Part shown: positions 1 through 9,171 of the stretch, one piece after another
How the letters are laid out: every line of letters starts with the position of its first letter
Position numbering within the stretch: position 1 is the first letter of the stretch
NCBI GenBank assembly: GCA_963422645.2
Contig: CAXXVO010000018.1
Span: 64,001 to 128,000, forward strand
Length of the DNA stretch: 64,000 bases
Origin: Alphaproteobacteria bacterium
GTDB taxonomy: Bacteria; Pseudomonadota; Alphaproteobacteria; UBA828
Direction: 5' to 3'
Translations under genes and position numbers: made by a program
Notes under the pieces: generated by a model
Seen by the model: only the letters and a program-made list of their open reading frames with translations
What the model was told of the DNA's origin: nothing
The model's database searches: none

Positions 1-63
1 GCCGTCGCGCTACGCTAGGGCATACGGCAACGAACAAGAGCAACGTCTCTCAGGGAGGAAGAC

Positions 64-1638
64 ATGAAAATGCGATTCGATCTATCACGGCGGGGCTTCG
101 GCCGCCTTATGGGGGCGTGCCTGGCTGCCGGCGCGCTCACCTTTGCGACATCCGCAGTGCCACAAGACGCCCACGCTCAACAGGTCGGCGGCACGCTCAA
201 GCTGGCCTTCGGTCACGATGCCGGCGACTTCGATCCGGCCAAGGCGGCCTACGGCATGTCCCACGCCGTGATCGAGCAGGTGTTCTCGGGCCTCACGGCG
301 CTCGATGCGGACGCGAACCCCTACCCCGACGTCGCCGAATCCATCGACGTCTCCGACGACGGCCTGGTCTACACCTTCCATCTCAGGAAGGGCGTCGCCT
401 TCCATGACGGCACGCCGTTCACGGCCGAAGACGTCAAGTTCACATTCGATCGTCTCAAGGACCCGGAGACGGGCTACCCCTACGCTGTCCAGCTCGCCTC
501 GCTCGAGGAAACCGCCGTGATCGACGAGCACACGGTGCAGATGCGGCTCTCGGTGCCGACGGGGCCGCTCCTCGTCAATCTCGCCTTCCCCGGATCCGGG
601 ATCGTTTCGAAATCGATCGTCGAGTCGGGCCACGACCTCGGCGCGACCCCGATCGGGACGGGACCCTTCAAGTTCGTGAGCTACCAGCCGGGCACGATGA
701 CCAAGTTCGTACGAAACCCGGACTACTACGAGGGTGACAAGCCCTACTTCGAGGCAATGGAGTATCGGACCATCGCCGACGAGACGGCCATCACCAACGC
801 GCTGCTCTCGGGCGTGGTCGACTTCTCGAACGCGATCGCGGCCAAGGACTGGGCCACCGTCGAGGCCAACCCCGATCTGACCAAGGTTCCGATCGAAGGC
901 GGCCGCTGGTTCTGGGTCGGCGTCAATAACAATGCCGAGCCGCTGAACGACGCCAAGGTGCGCCAGGCCATCGCCCACGCGGTGGACCGCCAGGCGATCG
1001 TGGATGCGGTCTTCTACGGCCTCGCCAAGCCCATCCGCGGCGGCGTGGTGCCCGAGTGGAGCTGGGGCCACGCGGCGGATCTCGAGGTGTTCTCGACCGG
1101 CGCCGACCCCGAGAAGGCGAAAGCGCTGCTCGCAGAGGCCGGCCATCCGGACGGCCTCGACGTCACCTTCAAGATCGGCACCGAGTGGCCGCCCCTGATG
1201 GCGATGGGGCCGTTGATCCAGGCCAATCTGGCGGCGGTCGGCATCAATGCCCAAATCTCGACCATGGGCACGGCACAGTGGCTGGACGAGGTGTTCACGG
1301 CGCGCGACTACCACATCACCGACATGTACTGGTTGAGTCCGCTCGCCGATCCCGACGACTTCACGACCCTGAACTATCAGTGCGAGAACTCGATGAACTT
1401 CCAGGGGTCGTGCAGCGAGGAGATGGATGCCCTGCTGGACGAGGCCCGCTCGGCAACCACGCTGGAGGCGCGGAAGGACGCCTACCGGCGGATGCAGGAA
1501 CTGTCGATGGAGCAGATGACCCTGGTCCCGCTCGTCAGCGCCCTGATCCTCCACGCGCATACCGACAAGCTGAAAGGCTTCAAGCCCATGCGCACGGGCT
1601 TCCTGAAGACACTCAAGGACGCCTGGCTCGAAGAGTAG
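64..1638 (+). CDS. ABC transporter substrate-binding protein (family 5, DppA/OppA-like), probable Tat signal
   Basis: N-terminal SRRGF twin-arginine-like leader; YTFHLRKGVAFHDGTPFTAEDVKFTFDR and PIGTGPFKF family-5 motifs; GGAGG RBS upstream. Confidence 0.92.
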   Translation: MKMRFDLSRRGFGRLMGACLAAGALTFATSAVPQDAHAQQVGGTLKLAFGHDAGDFDPAKAAYGMSHAVIEQVFSGLTALDADANPYPDVAESIDVSDDGLVYTFHLRKGVAFHDGTPFTAEDVKFTFDRLKDPETGYPYAVQLASLEETAVIDEHTVQMRLSVPTGPLLVNLAFPGSGIVSKSIVESGHDLGATPIGTGPFKFVSYQPGTMTKFVRNPDYYEGDKPYFEAMEYRTIADETAITNALLSGVVDFSNAIAAKDWATVEANPDLTKVPIEGGRWFWVGVNNNAEPLNDAKVRQAIAHAVDRQAIVDAVFYGLAKPIRGGVVPEWSWGHAADLEVFSTGADPEKAKALLAEAGHPDGLDVTFKIGTEWPPLMAMGPLIQANLAAVGINAQISTMGTAQWLDEVFTARDYHITDMYWLSPLADPDDFTTLNYQCENSMNFQGSCSEEMDALLDEARSATTLEARKDAYRRMQELSMEQMTLVPLVSALILHAHTDKLKGFKPMRTGFLKTLKDAWLEE

Positions 1639-1659
1639 GTGCGCGTTTGGTAAGAGACG

Positions 1660-1684
1660 CCCCGGAGGGTTCTGCCCTCCGGGG
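1660..1684 (+). terminator. GC-rich hairpin after binding-protein gene (mRNA stabiliser or partial terminator)
   Basis: CCCCGGAGGG-TTCTG-CCCTCCGGGG perfect 10-bp stem followed by ATTT. Confidence 0.55.
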
Positions 1685-1732
1685 ATTTCCCCTCAAGCGG
1701 CGGGCGAAGCCCGCTGAAGGGGCGCGCACGGC

Positions 1733-2689
1733 ATGATCCGCTTCCTCGCCGCGCGGCTTGCGGCGTACTTGCCGACGCTCTTCGCGATCTCGATCATCCT
1801 GTTCGTGGCGATCAACGTCGCACCGGGCAGCCCCGCCCAGGTTTCCCTCGGGATCAACCAGACGCCCGAAGCGATCGAGCGCTTCGAGCGCGAGCACGGC
1901 CTCGACCGCCCGCTCTACGAGCAATACGTCGACTGGCTCTACGAGGTCCTGCGGGGGGACTTCGGCGAGTCACTGCAATCCGGTGCGCCGGTCGGGCCGG
2001 AGCTGCTCTCGCGACTCTATGTGACGCTGGAACTCGCGATGCTCGCCTTCATCATCGCCAATCTGATCGCGGTGCCGCTGGGCTGCCTCGCCGCCTACCA
2101 CCACCAGCGAACGGCCGACAACGCCTTCATCTTTCTCGCGACGCTCATGGGGTCTATGCCGAACTTCTGGCTGGCGACCCTGCTGATCCTGCTGCTCACG
2201 GTCACGCTCGGCTGGCTGCCGTCGGGCGGCTACGTGCCGCTGGCCGAGGCGCCGCTGGAGAACCTTCGCCTCATGATCATGCCGGCGCTCTCGCTGGGTG
2301 TCGTCTCGTCCGCGCTGCTGCTGCGCATCATGCGGACCGGCATGCTCGAGGTGTTCTCGTCGGACTACATCCGAACGGCGGTGGCCAAGGGCGCCGGCCA
2401 GCGCGTGGTGATCTGGCGTCACGCGCTGCGCAATGCGCTGATTCCCTACCTCACCGTCGGCGGCGTGGAGTTCAGCCTGCTCTTCGGCGGTGTGGTCATC
2501 GTCGAGAACATCTTCCTGCTGCCGGGCGTCGGCCAGCTCGCGCTCATCGGCATTACGCAGCGGGATTATCCCTATCTGCTCGCGAGCGTTCTCCTGATCG
2601 CCGTCGTGGTGCTCACCGCCAATCTGATCGTCGATGTCCTCGCCGCGTGGCTCGACCCGCGGATGGTGCGGACGGCGGGCGGGAGCTGA
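1733..2689 (+). CDS. ABC transporter permease (DppB/OppB-like)
   Basis: GLDRPLYEQY, GDFGESL, DYIRTAVAKG...HALRNAL EAA-loop region; multiple hydrophobic segments. Confidence 0.92.
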   Translation: MIRFLAARLAAYLPTLFAISIILFVAINVAPGSPAQVSLGINQTPEAIERFEREHGLDRPLYEQYVDWLYEVLRGDFGESLQSGAPVGPELLSRLYVTLELAMLAFIIANLIAVPLGCLAAYHHQRTADNAFIFLATLMGSMPNFWLATLLILLLTVTLGWLPSGGYVPLAEAPLENLRLMIMPALSLGVVSSALLLRIMRTGMLEVFSSDYIRTAVAKGAGQRVVIWRHALRNALIPYLTVGGVEFSLLFGGVVIVENIFLLPGVGQLALIGITQRDYPYLLASVLLIAVVVLTANLIVDVLAAWLDPRMVRTAGGS

Positions 2690-2698
2690 GGCGCGCTC

Positions 2699-3526
2699 AT
2701 GGGCAAGCATCTTCCGTGGCGGCGTTACGGGCTGCTCATCATCGGCGCTACGCTGACGCTCGCCCTCATCCTGCTGACAGTGCTCGCACCCTGGATCACC
2801 CCCTTCTCGCCCTACGAGATCAACATCCCGGACCGCCTGCAGGGACCGAGCGCGGTTCATTGGCTGGGGACGGACGAGCTCGGCCGCGACACGTTCACGC
2901 GCACCGTCTATGCCGGCCGCATCTCGCTCATGGTGGGCGCCGTGGCCGTCGGCATCGGCATCTTCGGCGGCGTTCTGATCGGTCTTACCTCGGCTTACTT
3001 CGGCGGCGCGTACGACATGATCTTCATGCGCAACATGGACATGCTCTACGCCTTCCCGGCGATCCTGCTGGCGATCGTCATCATGGCCGGCCTCGGCACC
3101 AGCATGATCAACGCCATGATTGCGATCGGAATCATCTTCATACCCGGATTCGCGCGGCTGGCGCGCGCCACGACTCAGGTGGTGCTGCGCCAGCAATTTG
3201 TCGAGGCGGCGCTGACCACGGGCATGTCCACGCGGCGTCTCCTCTTCCGCGAGGTCCTACCGAACATCGCGACGCCGCTGATGGTGCAGGGCGCGATCGG
3301 CTTCGCCTATGCCGTGCTGATCGAGTCGGCGCTCAGCTTCTTGGGCCTCGGTGCGCAGCCGCCCGAGCCCAGCTGGGGCGAGATGATCAATTCGGGCCGC
3401 GGCCAGATGGCGCAGGCTCCCTGGCTCGGGATCGTGCCGGGCGCCGCCATCTTCCTCAGCGTGCTGGGCTTCAACACGCTGGGCGACGGGCTGCGCGACT
3501 TCTTCGACCCCCACCTCAGGGACTAG
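2699..3526 (+). CDS. ABC transporter permease (DppC/OppC-like)
   Basis: HWLGTDELGRD, FVEAA, LSFLGLGAQPPEPSWG motifs. Confidence 0.92.
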   Translation: MGKHLPWRRYGLLIIGATLTLALILLTVLAPWITPFSPYEINIPDRLQGPSAVHWLGTDELGRDTFTRTVYAGRISLMVGAVAVGIGIFGGVLIGLTSAYFGGAYDMIFMRNMDMLYAFPAILLAIVIMAGLGTSMINAMIAIGIIFIPGFARLARATTQVVLRQQFVEAALTTGMSTRRLLFREVLPNIATPLMVQGAIGFAYAVLIESALSFLGLGAQPPEPSWGEMINSGRGQMAQAPWLGIVPGAAIFLSVLGFNTLGDGLRDFFDPHLRD

Positions 3527-3565
3527 ACTGGCCGTGGGGCATTAGACAGCAGCGGGAGGACGCTC

Positions 3566-4306
3566 ATGGAGATCAACACATTCTCGATCGTTGGCCGCTG
3601 CGCCCGCACCGGCCAGCTCGGCGGCGCGGTGGCCTCGGCGGGAACGGCGGTGGGCCCGATGTGCCTCTTCGCCCGCGCCGGCGTCGGCGCCGTCGCCTCG
3701 CAGTCCTGGTGCAATCCCTATCTCGCCCATGACGGCCTCGACCTGATGGCGCAGGGCATGGGTGCGCAGGCGGTGTGCGACAAGCTCGTGGCCGAAGACC
3801 CCGGCCGCGACATCAGGCAGGTCGCCTATGTCGATGCCAAGGGCGGCAGCGCGGCCTTCACCGGCAAGGACTGCGCGACATGGAACGGCGCCGTCACGGG
3901 CCAGGACTTCTCGTCGCAGGGAAACCTGCTCACCGGCCCGGAGACGGTGAGCGCCATGGCCGAAGCCTTTCAGCGGCTGGAGGCGCTCGACCTCGCCGAA
4001 CGGTTGATCGCCGCCCTGGAGGCGGGGGATGCAGCCGGCGGCGATGCCCGCGGCCGGCAGGGTGCGGCGGTCATCGTCATGCACGAGGAGCGTTATCCGC
4101 TGGTCGATCTGCGCGCCGACGAGCATCGCTACCCGATCGTCGAGCTGAGGCGCGTCTACGAGGTGGCCAAGTACCAGAGCCTGCCCTTCGTGGCGCAGAT
4201 GCCGACCCGCGACAACCCGCTCGGCAGCTTTGCCGAGGACATGCGCCGCAGCATGAGCGTCTCGCCGGCCTACCGGCCGGGCGGTGGCGGTGGCGAAAGC
4301 GCGTAA
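3566..4306 (+). CDS. DUF1028 family protein (Ntn-hydrolase-like), copy 1
   Basis: TFSIVGRC..TGQLG.AVAS, QGNLL, AGGDARG.Q.AA, DLRAD.H..P motifs; GGAGG RBS. Confidence 0.85.
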   Translation: MEINTFSIVGRCARTGQLGGAVASAGTAVGPMCLFARAGVGAVASQSWCNPYLAHDGLDLMAQGMGAQAVCDKLVAEDPGRDIRQVAYVDAKGGSAAFTGKDCATWNGAVTGQDFSSQGNLLTGPETVSAMAEAFQRLEALDLAERLIAALEAGDAAGGDARGRQGAAVIVMHEERYPLVDLRADEHRYPIVELRRVYEVAKYQSLPFVAQMPTRDNPLGSFAEDMRRSMSVSPAYRPGGGGGESA

Positions 4307-4317
4307 GGGAGGCAGCC

Positions 4318-5058
4318 ATGCAGTTCAATACATTCTCGATCGTCGGCCGCTGCGCCCGCACCGGCCAGCTCGGCGCCGCCGTGGCGACGGCCGCACCCGC
4401 CGTCGGCGCCTATTGCCCCTTCGCGAGGGCCGGCGTCGGCGCCGTCTCCTCGCAATCCTGGTGCAACCCCTACCTCGCCTACGACGGCCTCGACCTGATG
4501 GAACAAGGCATGAGCGCGGGCGCGGTGTGCGACAAGCTGCTGGCGGAGGATCCCGGTCGCGAGACACGGCAGATCGGCTACGTCGATGCGCAGGGCGGGA
4601 GCGCCGCCTTCACCGGCAATGAATGCCCGCACTGGTGCGGCCATGTTACCGGGCCGGACTTTTCCGCCCAGGGCAATTTGCTCATGGGCGGGGGCTGCGT
4701 GCCGGCGATGGCGGAGTCCTTCCAGCGCACCGAGACGCTGGATCTCGCCGAGCGCTTGATTGCGGCGCTGGAAGCGGGCCAGTCGGCTGGCGGCGATTCG
4801 CGCGGCAAGCAGTCGGCCGCCGTTTACGTGGTGCACACCGAAGTCTATCCGCTGGTCGACCTGCGCGCGGACGAGCACCACAACCCGATCGGCGAGCTTC
4901 GGCGGATCTACGCCGTCGCCAAGCAGGTGAGCCTACCCTTCATGGCCCAGATGCCGACCCGCGACAATCCGCTCGGCGCCTTCGGCGACGATATGCGCTG
5001 GGGCCTGAGCGTTGCGCCGATGGACCGCCCAGGCGGCGGCGGCAGCGGGGTCGGCTGA
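4318..5058 (+). CDS. DUF1028 family protein (Ntn-hydrolase-like), copy 2
   Basis: ATG at 4318 after GGAGG; MQFNTFSIVGRCARTGQLG...GGDSRGKQSAA; 246 aa, paralog of its neighbours. Confidence 0.85.
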   Translation: MQFNTFSIVGRCARTGQLGAAVATAAPAVGAYCPFARAGVGAVSSQSWCNPYLAYDGLDLMEQGMSAGAVCDKLLAEDPGRETRQIGYVDAQGGSAAFTGNECPHWCGHVTGPDFSAQGNLLMGGGCVPAMAESFQRTETLDLAERLIAALEAGQSAGGDSRGKQSAAVYVVHTEVYPLVDLRADEHHNPIGELRRIYAVAKQVSLPFMAQMPTRDNPLGAFGDDMRWGLSVAPMDRPGGGGSGVG

Positions 5059-5079
5059 CGGCGCGGAGCAAGAGGGTCC

Positions 5080-5820
5080 ATGCAGCTCAACACCTTCACC
5101 ATCGTGGGCCGTTGCGCCCGCACCGGCATGCTGGGCGTTGCGGTGTGCACCGCAGCACCCGCGGTGGGCGGCTATTGCCCCTTCGTGCGCGCCAGGGCGG
5201 GCGCGGTCGCGACCATGTCGTGGGTCAACCCCTACCTCGCCATCGACGGCCTTGCGCTGATGGCGGACGGCGTCTCGGCAAGGGATGCGCTCGACAGGTT
5301 GATCGCGGAGGACCCGGGGCGCGCGGTGCGCCAGGTCGGCATGGTCGATGCGCAGGGCGGCAGCGCCGCGTTCACCGGCGAGGGCTGCGGCCCCTGGTGC
5401 GGCCACCGCCACGGCGAGAACTTCTCGGCCCAGGGCAACATCCTGGTGGGCGAAGGCACGGTGAAGGCGATGGCCGAGACCTTTGAGAAGACCGAGCCGC
5501 TGGCGCTGCCCGAACGCCTGCTGCTCGCGCTGGAGGCGGGCCAGGCCGCCGGCGGCGATGCCCGCGGCAAGCAGTCGGCGGCGCTGCTGGTCCACTGGAA
5601 GGAGGAATACCCCTATGTCGACCTGCGCGCGGACGAGAACCGCTATCCGGTGGCGGAGCTGCGGCGCGTCTACGAGGTGGCCAAGTATCAGAGCCTGCCC
5701 TTCGTCGCGCAGATGCCGACGCGGGACAATCCGCTCGGAAGCTTCAGCGAAGAGGTCGAAGCCAGCATGAGCGTGGCACCGGCCTATCGTCGGGGCGGCG
5801 GTGGCGGCGAGAGCGCCTGA
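5080..5820 (+). CDS. DUF1028 family protein (Ntn-hydrolase-like), copy 3
   Basis: MQLNTFTIVGRC...QGNIL...AGGDARGKQSAA...DLRADE; 246 aa. Confidence 0.85.
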   Translation: MQLNTFTIVGRCARTGMLGVAVCTAAPAVGGYCPFVRARAGAVATMSWVNPYLAIDGLALMADGVSARDALDRLIAEDPGRAVRQVGMVDAQGGSAAFTGEGCGPWCGHRHGENFSAQGNILVGEGTVKAMAETFEKTEPLALPERLLLALEAGQAAGGDARGKQSAALLVHWKEEYPYVDLRADENRYPVAELRRVYEVAKYQSLPFVAQMPTRDNPLGSFSEEVEASMSVAPAYRRGGGGGESA

Positions 5821-5860
5821 TGGCGCCTCTGCGCCGGAGCCCCGCAACGGCAGGACCGGC

Positions 5861-6886
5861 ATGAACGCCGACCCTGACGACGGCCGCGACATTCGCCCGC
5901 ACGCGCGGGACGATCGTCCGGCGACGCTCCGGGTCGACAACTTGAGCATCGAGTTCTCGGGCGGGCGTGGCACGGCGCGCGTCGTGGACGGGGCGAGCCT
6001 CGAAGTCTGGCCGGGAGAGATCGTCGGCCTCACCGGCGAATCCGGCTCGGGCAAGACAATGACGGCGCTTTCCATCCTCGGCCTCCTGCCAAAGCGCGCA
6101 CGGATCGCCTCGGGCACCATCTCGCTGGCGAGCGAGACCTTGACCGGCAAGTCGGAGCGCGAGATGCGCGGCATCCGCGGCAACCGCGTCGCGCTGATTC
6201 CGCAGGATGCGCTGCGCGCGCTCAACCCCGTGCTCAGGGTGGGCCGCCAGGTGGGCGAGCCCTACGAGCTCCACCGCAAGTTGGGCCAGGCGCAGTCGCA
6301 CGAACGGGCTGTCGACCTCCTCGACTCGGTGCATCTCCCTGACGCCGGTGTGCGCGCGCGCGAGTACCCGCATCAGTACTCGGGCGGCATGCAGCAGCGG
6401 GCGATGATCGCGATGGGGCTCGCGCTCGAGCCCGAGCTGCTGATCGCGGACGAGCCGACCACGGCGCTCGACGTCACGGTGCAGGCCCAGGTGCTCAAGC
6501 TACTGCGCGAGATCCGGGACACCCACGGGACGGCGATCCTGTTCATCACCCACGACCTCGGGGTCATCGTCGAGCTGTGCGACTGGGTCTACGTCATGTA
6601 TGCGGGCGCCATCCTCGAACGGGCGCCGGTCGCGCGGCTCTTCCAGCGGCCGAGCCACCCCTACACGCGGGCGCTGCTGCGGGCGACGCCGACCGTGAGG
6701 ACGGTGCAGGAGGAGCTGCTCTCCATCCCGGGCCAGATCCCCTCGCCCTACGAGCTGCCGGAAGGCTGCCGCTTCGCGGACCGGTGCGAGCGCCGCTTCG
6801 AACGCTGCACGCGCGAGCCCGAAATCATGGAGGTCGAGGCCGGCCACGGTGCCCGCTGCTGGCTGTTGGACGAGGGCGGTGCCTGA
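5861..6886 (+). CDS. ABC transporter ATP-binding protein (DppD/OppD-like)
   Basis: Walker A GESGSGKT, YPHQYSGGMQQR, LLIADEPTTALD, C-terminal GCRFADRC; start ATG 5861 inferred. Confidence 0.9.
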   Translation: MNADPDDGRDIRPHARDDRPATLRVDNLSIEFSGGRGTARVVDGASLEVWPGEIVGLTGESGSGKTMTALSILGLLPKRARIASGTISLASETLTGKSEREMRGIRGNRVALIPQDALRALNPVLRVGRQVGEPYELHRKLGQAQSHERAVDLLDSVHLPDAGVRAREYPHQYSGGMQQRAMIAMGLALEPELLIADEPTTALDVTVQAQVLKLLREIRDTHGTAILFITHDLGVIVELCDWVYVMYAGAILERAPVARLFQRPSHPYTRALLRATPTVRTVQEELLSIPGQIPSPYELPEGCRFADRCERRFERCTREPEIMEVEAGHGARCWLLDEGGA

Positions 6887-7691
6887 GCCTCTGGTTCGCT
6901 GCAAAGCGCTCTCCAAGCGCTTCGGCGCCCGCGGCCTGCTGCGCCGCCGCCACGTGGTCGATGCGGTCGCCGACGTCTCGATCGACGTGGCGCCGGGGGA
7001 GACCCTCGGAATTGTCGGTGAGTCGGGCTCGGGCAAGTCGACCCTGCTTCGCCTGATCCTGCGTCTATTGCGGCCGACCAGCGGACAGATCTGGTTCGAG
7101 GACAGCGACATCGCCACCCTCTCGCGGGGTCCGCTGCGCGCGATGCGGCGCCGCGTCCAGTGCGTGTTCCAGGACCCGACGTCTTCGTTCAACCCGCGCC
7201 AGTCGATCGGTGCCGCGCTGCGGACGCCTCTGGAAGTACACGGCATCGGCAGCCGCCGGGATCGCGACTCCCGCGTCGGCGAAGCGCTGGAGCTGGTTGG
7301 CTTGGGCGCAAGCTTCGCAAGCCGCTACCCGCACCAGCTCTCCGGCGGCCAGCGCCAGCGGGCGGCGATCGCGCGTGCGATCATCCTGCGCCCCGCTCTG
7401 GTGCTGGCCGACGAGCCGACGTCCGCGCTCGACGTCTCGGTCCAGGCGCAAATTCTCAACCTGTTCAAGCAGACCAAGAGCGAGCTGGGGCTCACCTACA
7501 TATTCGTGAGCCACGATCTCGGCGTGATCCGCTATATCAGCGACCGCGTGGCGGTGATGTATCTGGGACGGATCGTCGAGACCGGCAGCGCGGCCGAAGT
7601 CTTCACGAACCCCCGCCACGACTACACCAAGGCGCTGCTGGCCGCGGTCCCGGGCGCGAGCCTGCAGATCCCCGAATCCGGCATGGGTTAG
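6879..7691 (+). CDS. ABC transporter ATP-binding protein (DppF/OppF-like)
   Basis: [29 protein letters not shown]; GTG start overlapping the upstream stop. Confidence 0.9.
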   Translation: MPEPLVRCKALSKRFGARGLLRRRHVVDAVADVSIDVAPGETLGIVGESGSGKSTLLRLILRLLRPTSGQIWFEDSDIATLSRGPLRAMRRRVQCVFQDPTSSFNPRQSIGAALRTPLEVHGIGSRRDRDSRVGEALELVGLGASFASRYPHQLSGGQRQRAAIARAIILRPALVLADEPTSALDVSVQAQILNLFKQTKSELGLTYIFVSHDLGVIRYISDRVAVMYLGRIVETGSAAEVFTNPRHDYTKALLAAVPGASLQIPESGMG

Positions 7692-7764
7692 CGCCACCGG
7701 TTTTCCCGCCTTGGCGGCGAACCTCACCAACAGTGGTTTGCGGCCCTCGTGGCCTCGGTCGCGG

Positions 7765-8259
7765 TCAAGTCTCCACGGTGTGGAGCATGACTCGGAGCGC
7801 TCGCGCGAGCTCCGCCTTTTCCTCCGTGGAGAGGTCGCGGGTGATCTCGCCTTCCAGGGCGTTGAAGCGGGGGAAGATCGCGCGCACGGCGGCACGCCCC
7901 GTCTCCGTCGCCTCGACCAGCACCCGCCGGCCGTCTGCGGCATGCGGGCGGCGGGCGGCGAAGCCCAACCCCTCCAGGGTCTTCACCACGCCGGTCAGCG
8001 TGCTCTTGGAGATTCCCGATTCCTCGGCGAGGACGTTGGATTCCTTCGGCCCCCACACCCACAGCACCCAGAGCACCGTGAAGCCTGAGAAGGAGAGGCG
8101 GTAGTCGGCGAGCAGGTTGCGCTCCATGTAGTTGCGCACCGCGTTGGCCACGCGAAAGACGTTCGAGACGGCCGCGAAGGCATCGATGTCGATACCCAGC
8201 CCCTCGACCCGTGCGCGCGCTTCGCGCTCCTCACGCGTGAGCGCAACCTCCCTGCTCAT
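7765..8259 (-). CDS. MarR family transcriptional regulator
   Basis: LAEESGISKSTLTGVVKTLEGLG...DGRRVLVEAT winged-helix pattern; ATGA overlap with the upstream gene. Confidence 0.85.
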   Translation of the reverse strand: MSREVALTREEREARARVEGLGIDIDAFAAVSNVFRVANAVRNYMERNLLADYRLSFSGFTVLWVLWVWGPKESNVLAEESGISKSTLTGVVKTLEGLGFAARRPHAADGRRVLVEATETGRAAVRAIFPRFNALEGEITRDLSTEEKAELARALRVMLHTVET

Positions 8260-9077
8260 TCGTCGGCGCTCCCGACTTCGGGGAGGTTGGTTCGCTCCAG
8301 TGTCGTGCCGCTGCGCCAAGACATGGCGACCTCGCGCCAGTAGCCCGCGATCAACTCGCGCGGCTCCAGCCGGGTGAGCTCCTCCACCGGGGAGTCGCCG
8401 ATCCAGAGCTCGAAGCTGCCGCGGAAGCAGCGGCCGACCTCGCTCTCGAAGGCGGACATGGTCACCAGCTCGTCCAGGCTGTCGCTGCCGTCGCCTTCGA
8501 TCGCGGGCATCCAGCGGTTGTGCACCATCGGCAGCGCGTTGACGAAGCCGGCGTGGTCGCTCTCGGCCTCGATCTCGAAGGTCGCGTGCAGCAGGCGGCG
8601 GTCGTTGGCCGCAAGGCTCGCGCCGAAGCGCCCGCCGGGCTCAAGGCGCGGACCGGCCCGGCCCACCGTGACCGGGCGCGTGAGATAGATCGAGCCGAGC
8701 TTCTTGGGGTAGCCCTGGTGATGGCCGCGCACCATGGCGTAATCGGTATCGACCCAGATGTAGGCGCAGCGCGAATAGTGCCGACCCCGGTACTTGCAGC
8801 GGATGACGACGAACATCTCCCGGTACTGCGCCCGGATGGGATCGAGCAGCTCCTCGAAGGTGTCGCAGCAGCTCTGCCACTCCGCCCAGATCAACGCCAC
8901 GGCGCCGGGGTCCTCGTCCGCCGGCGCGAGGCCGGGCGGGATCAGCTCCGCCACCGCCTCCGGATCGGTCCGGAATTCGAGGGTGAGCATCTGGCCGGAG
9001 TAATGCCACGGCACGGGCGGCAGCAGGGAAGCGCGTCCGCTGCGGGAGCGCGGGAACATGAAGCCTTTGAGGGACAA
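8256..9077 (-). CDS. Acetoacetate decarboxylase superfamily protein (MppR-like)
   Basis: PPVPWHYSG, IWVD..., GYPKKLG Schiff-base lysine motif; TTG start. Confidence 0.75.
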   Translation of the reverse strand: MSLKGFMFPRSRSGRASLLPPVPWHYSGQMLTLEFRTDPEAVAELIPPGLAPADEDPGAVALIWAEWQSCCDTFEELLDPIRAQYREMFVVIRCKYRGRHYSRCAYIWVDTDYAMVRGHHQGYPKKLGSIYLTRPVTVGRAGPRLEPGGRFGASLAANDRRLLHATFEIEAESDHAGFVNALPMVHNRWMPAIEGDGSDSLDELVTMSAFESEVGRCFRGSFELWIGDSPVEELTRLEPRELIAGYWREVAMSWRSGTTLERTNLPEVGSADE

Positions 9078-9132
9078 GACGAATCACTCCCGGAATCGCG
9101 ACGATTCCTTGTCTTTCGCAAGCCGCGATCCT

Positions 9133-9152
9133 ATCGTCAGGGACCGAACGAT
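9133..9152. promoter_or_regulatory. Candidate MarR operator (ATCGTCAG-GGAC-CGAACGAT)
   Basis: Imperfect palindrome in a divergent intergenic region; matching copy at 13007-13026. Confidence 0.55.
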
Positions 9153-9171
9153 TTCAAGCCGAGGGCTAGCC

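Noticed and set aside
3775-4317. N-terminal extension of the 427-aa ORF 3775-5058
   Set aside because: Overlaps DUF1028 copy 1 in another frame; the real start is ATG 4318 with an RBS
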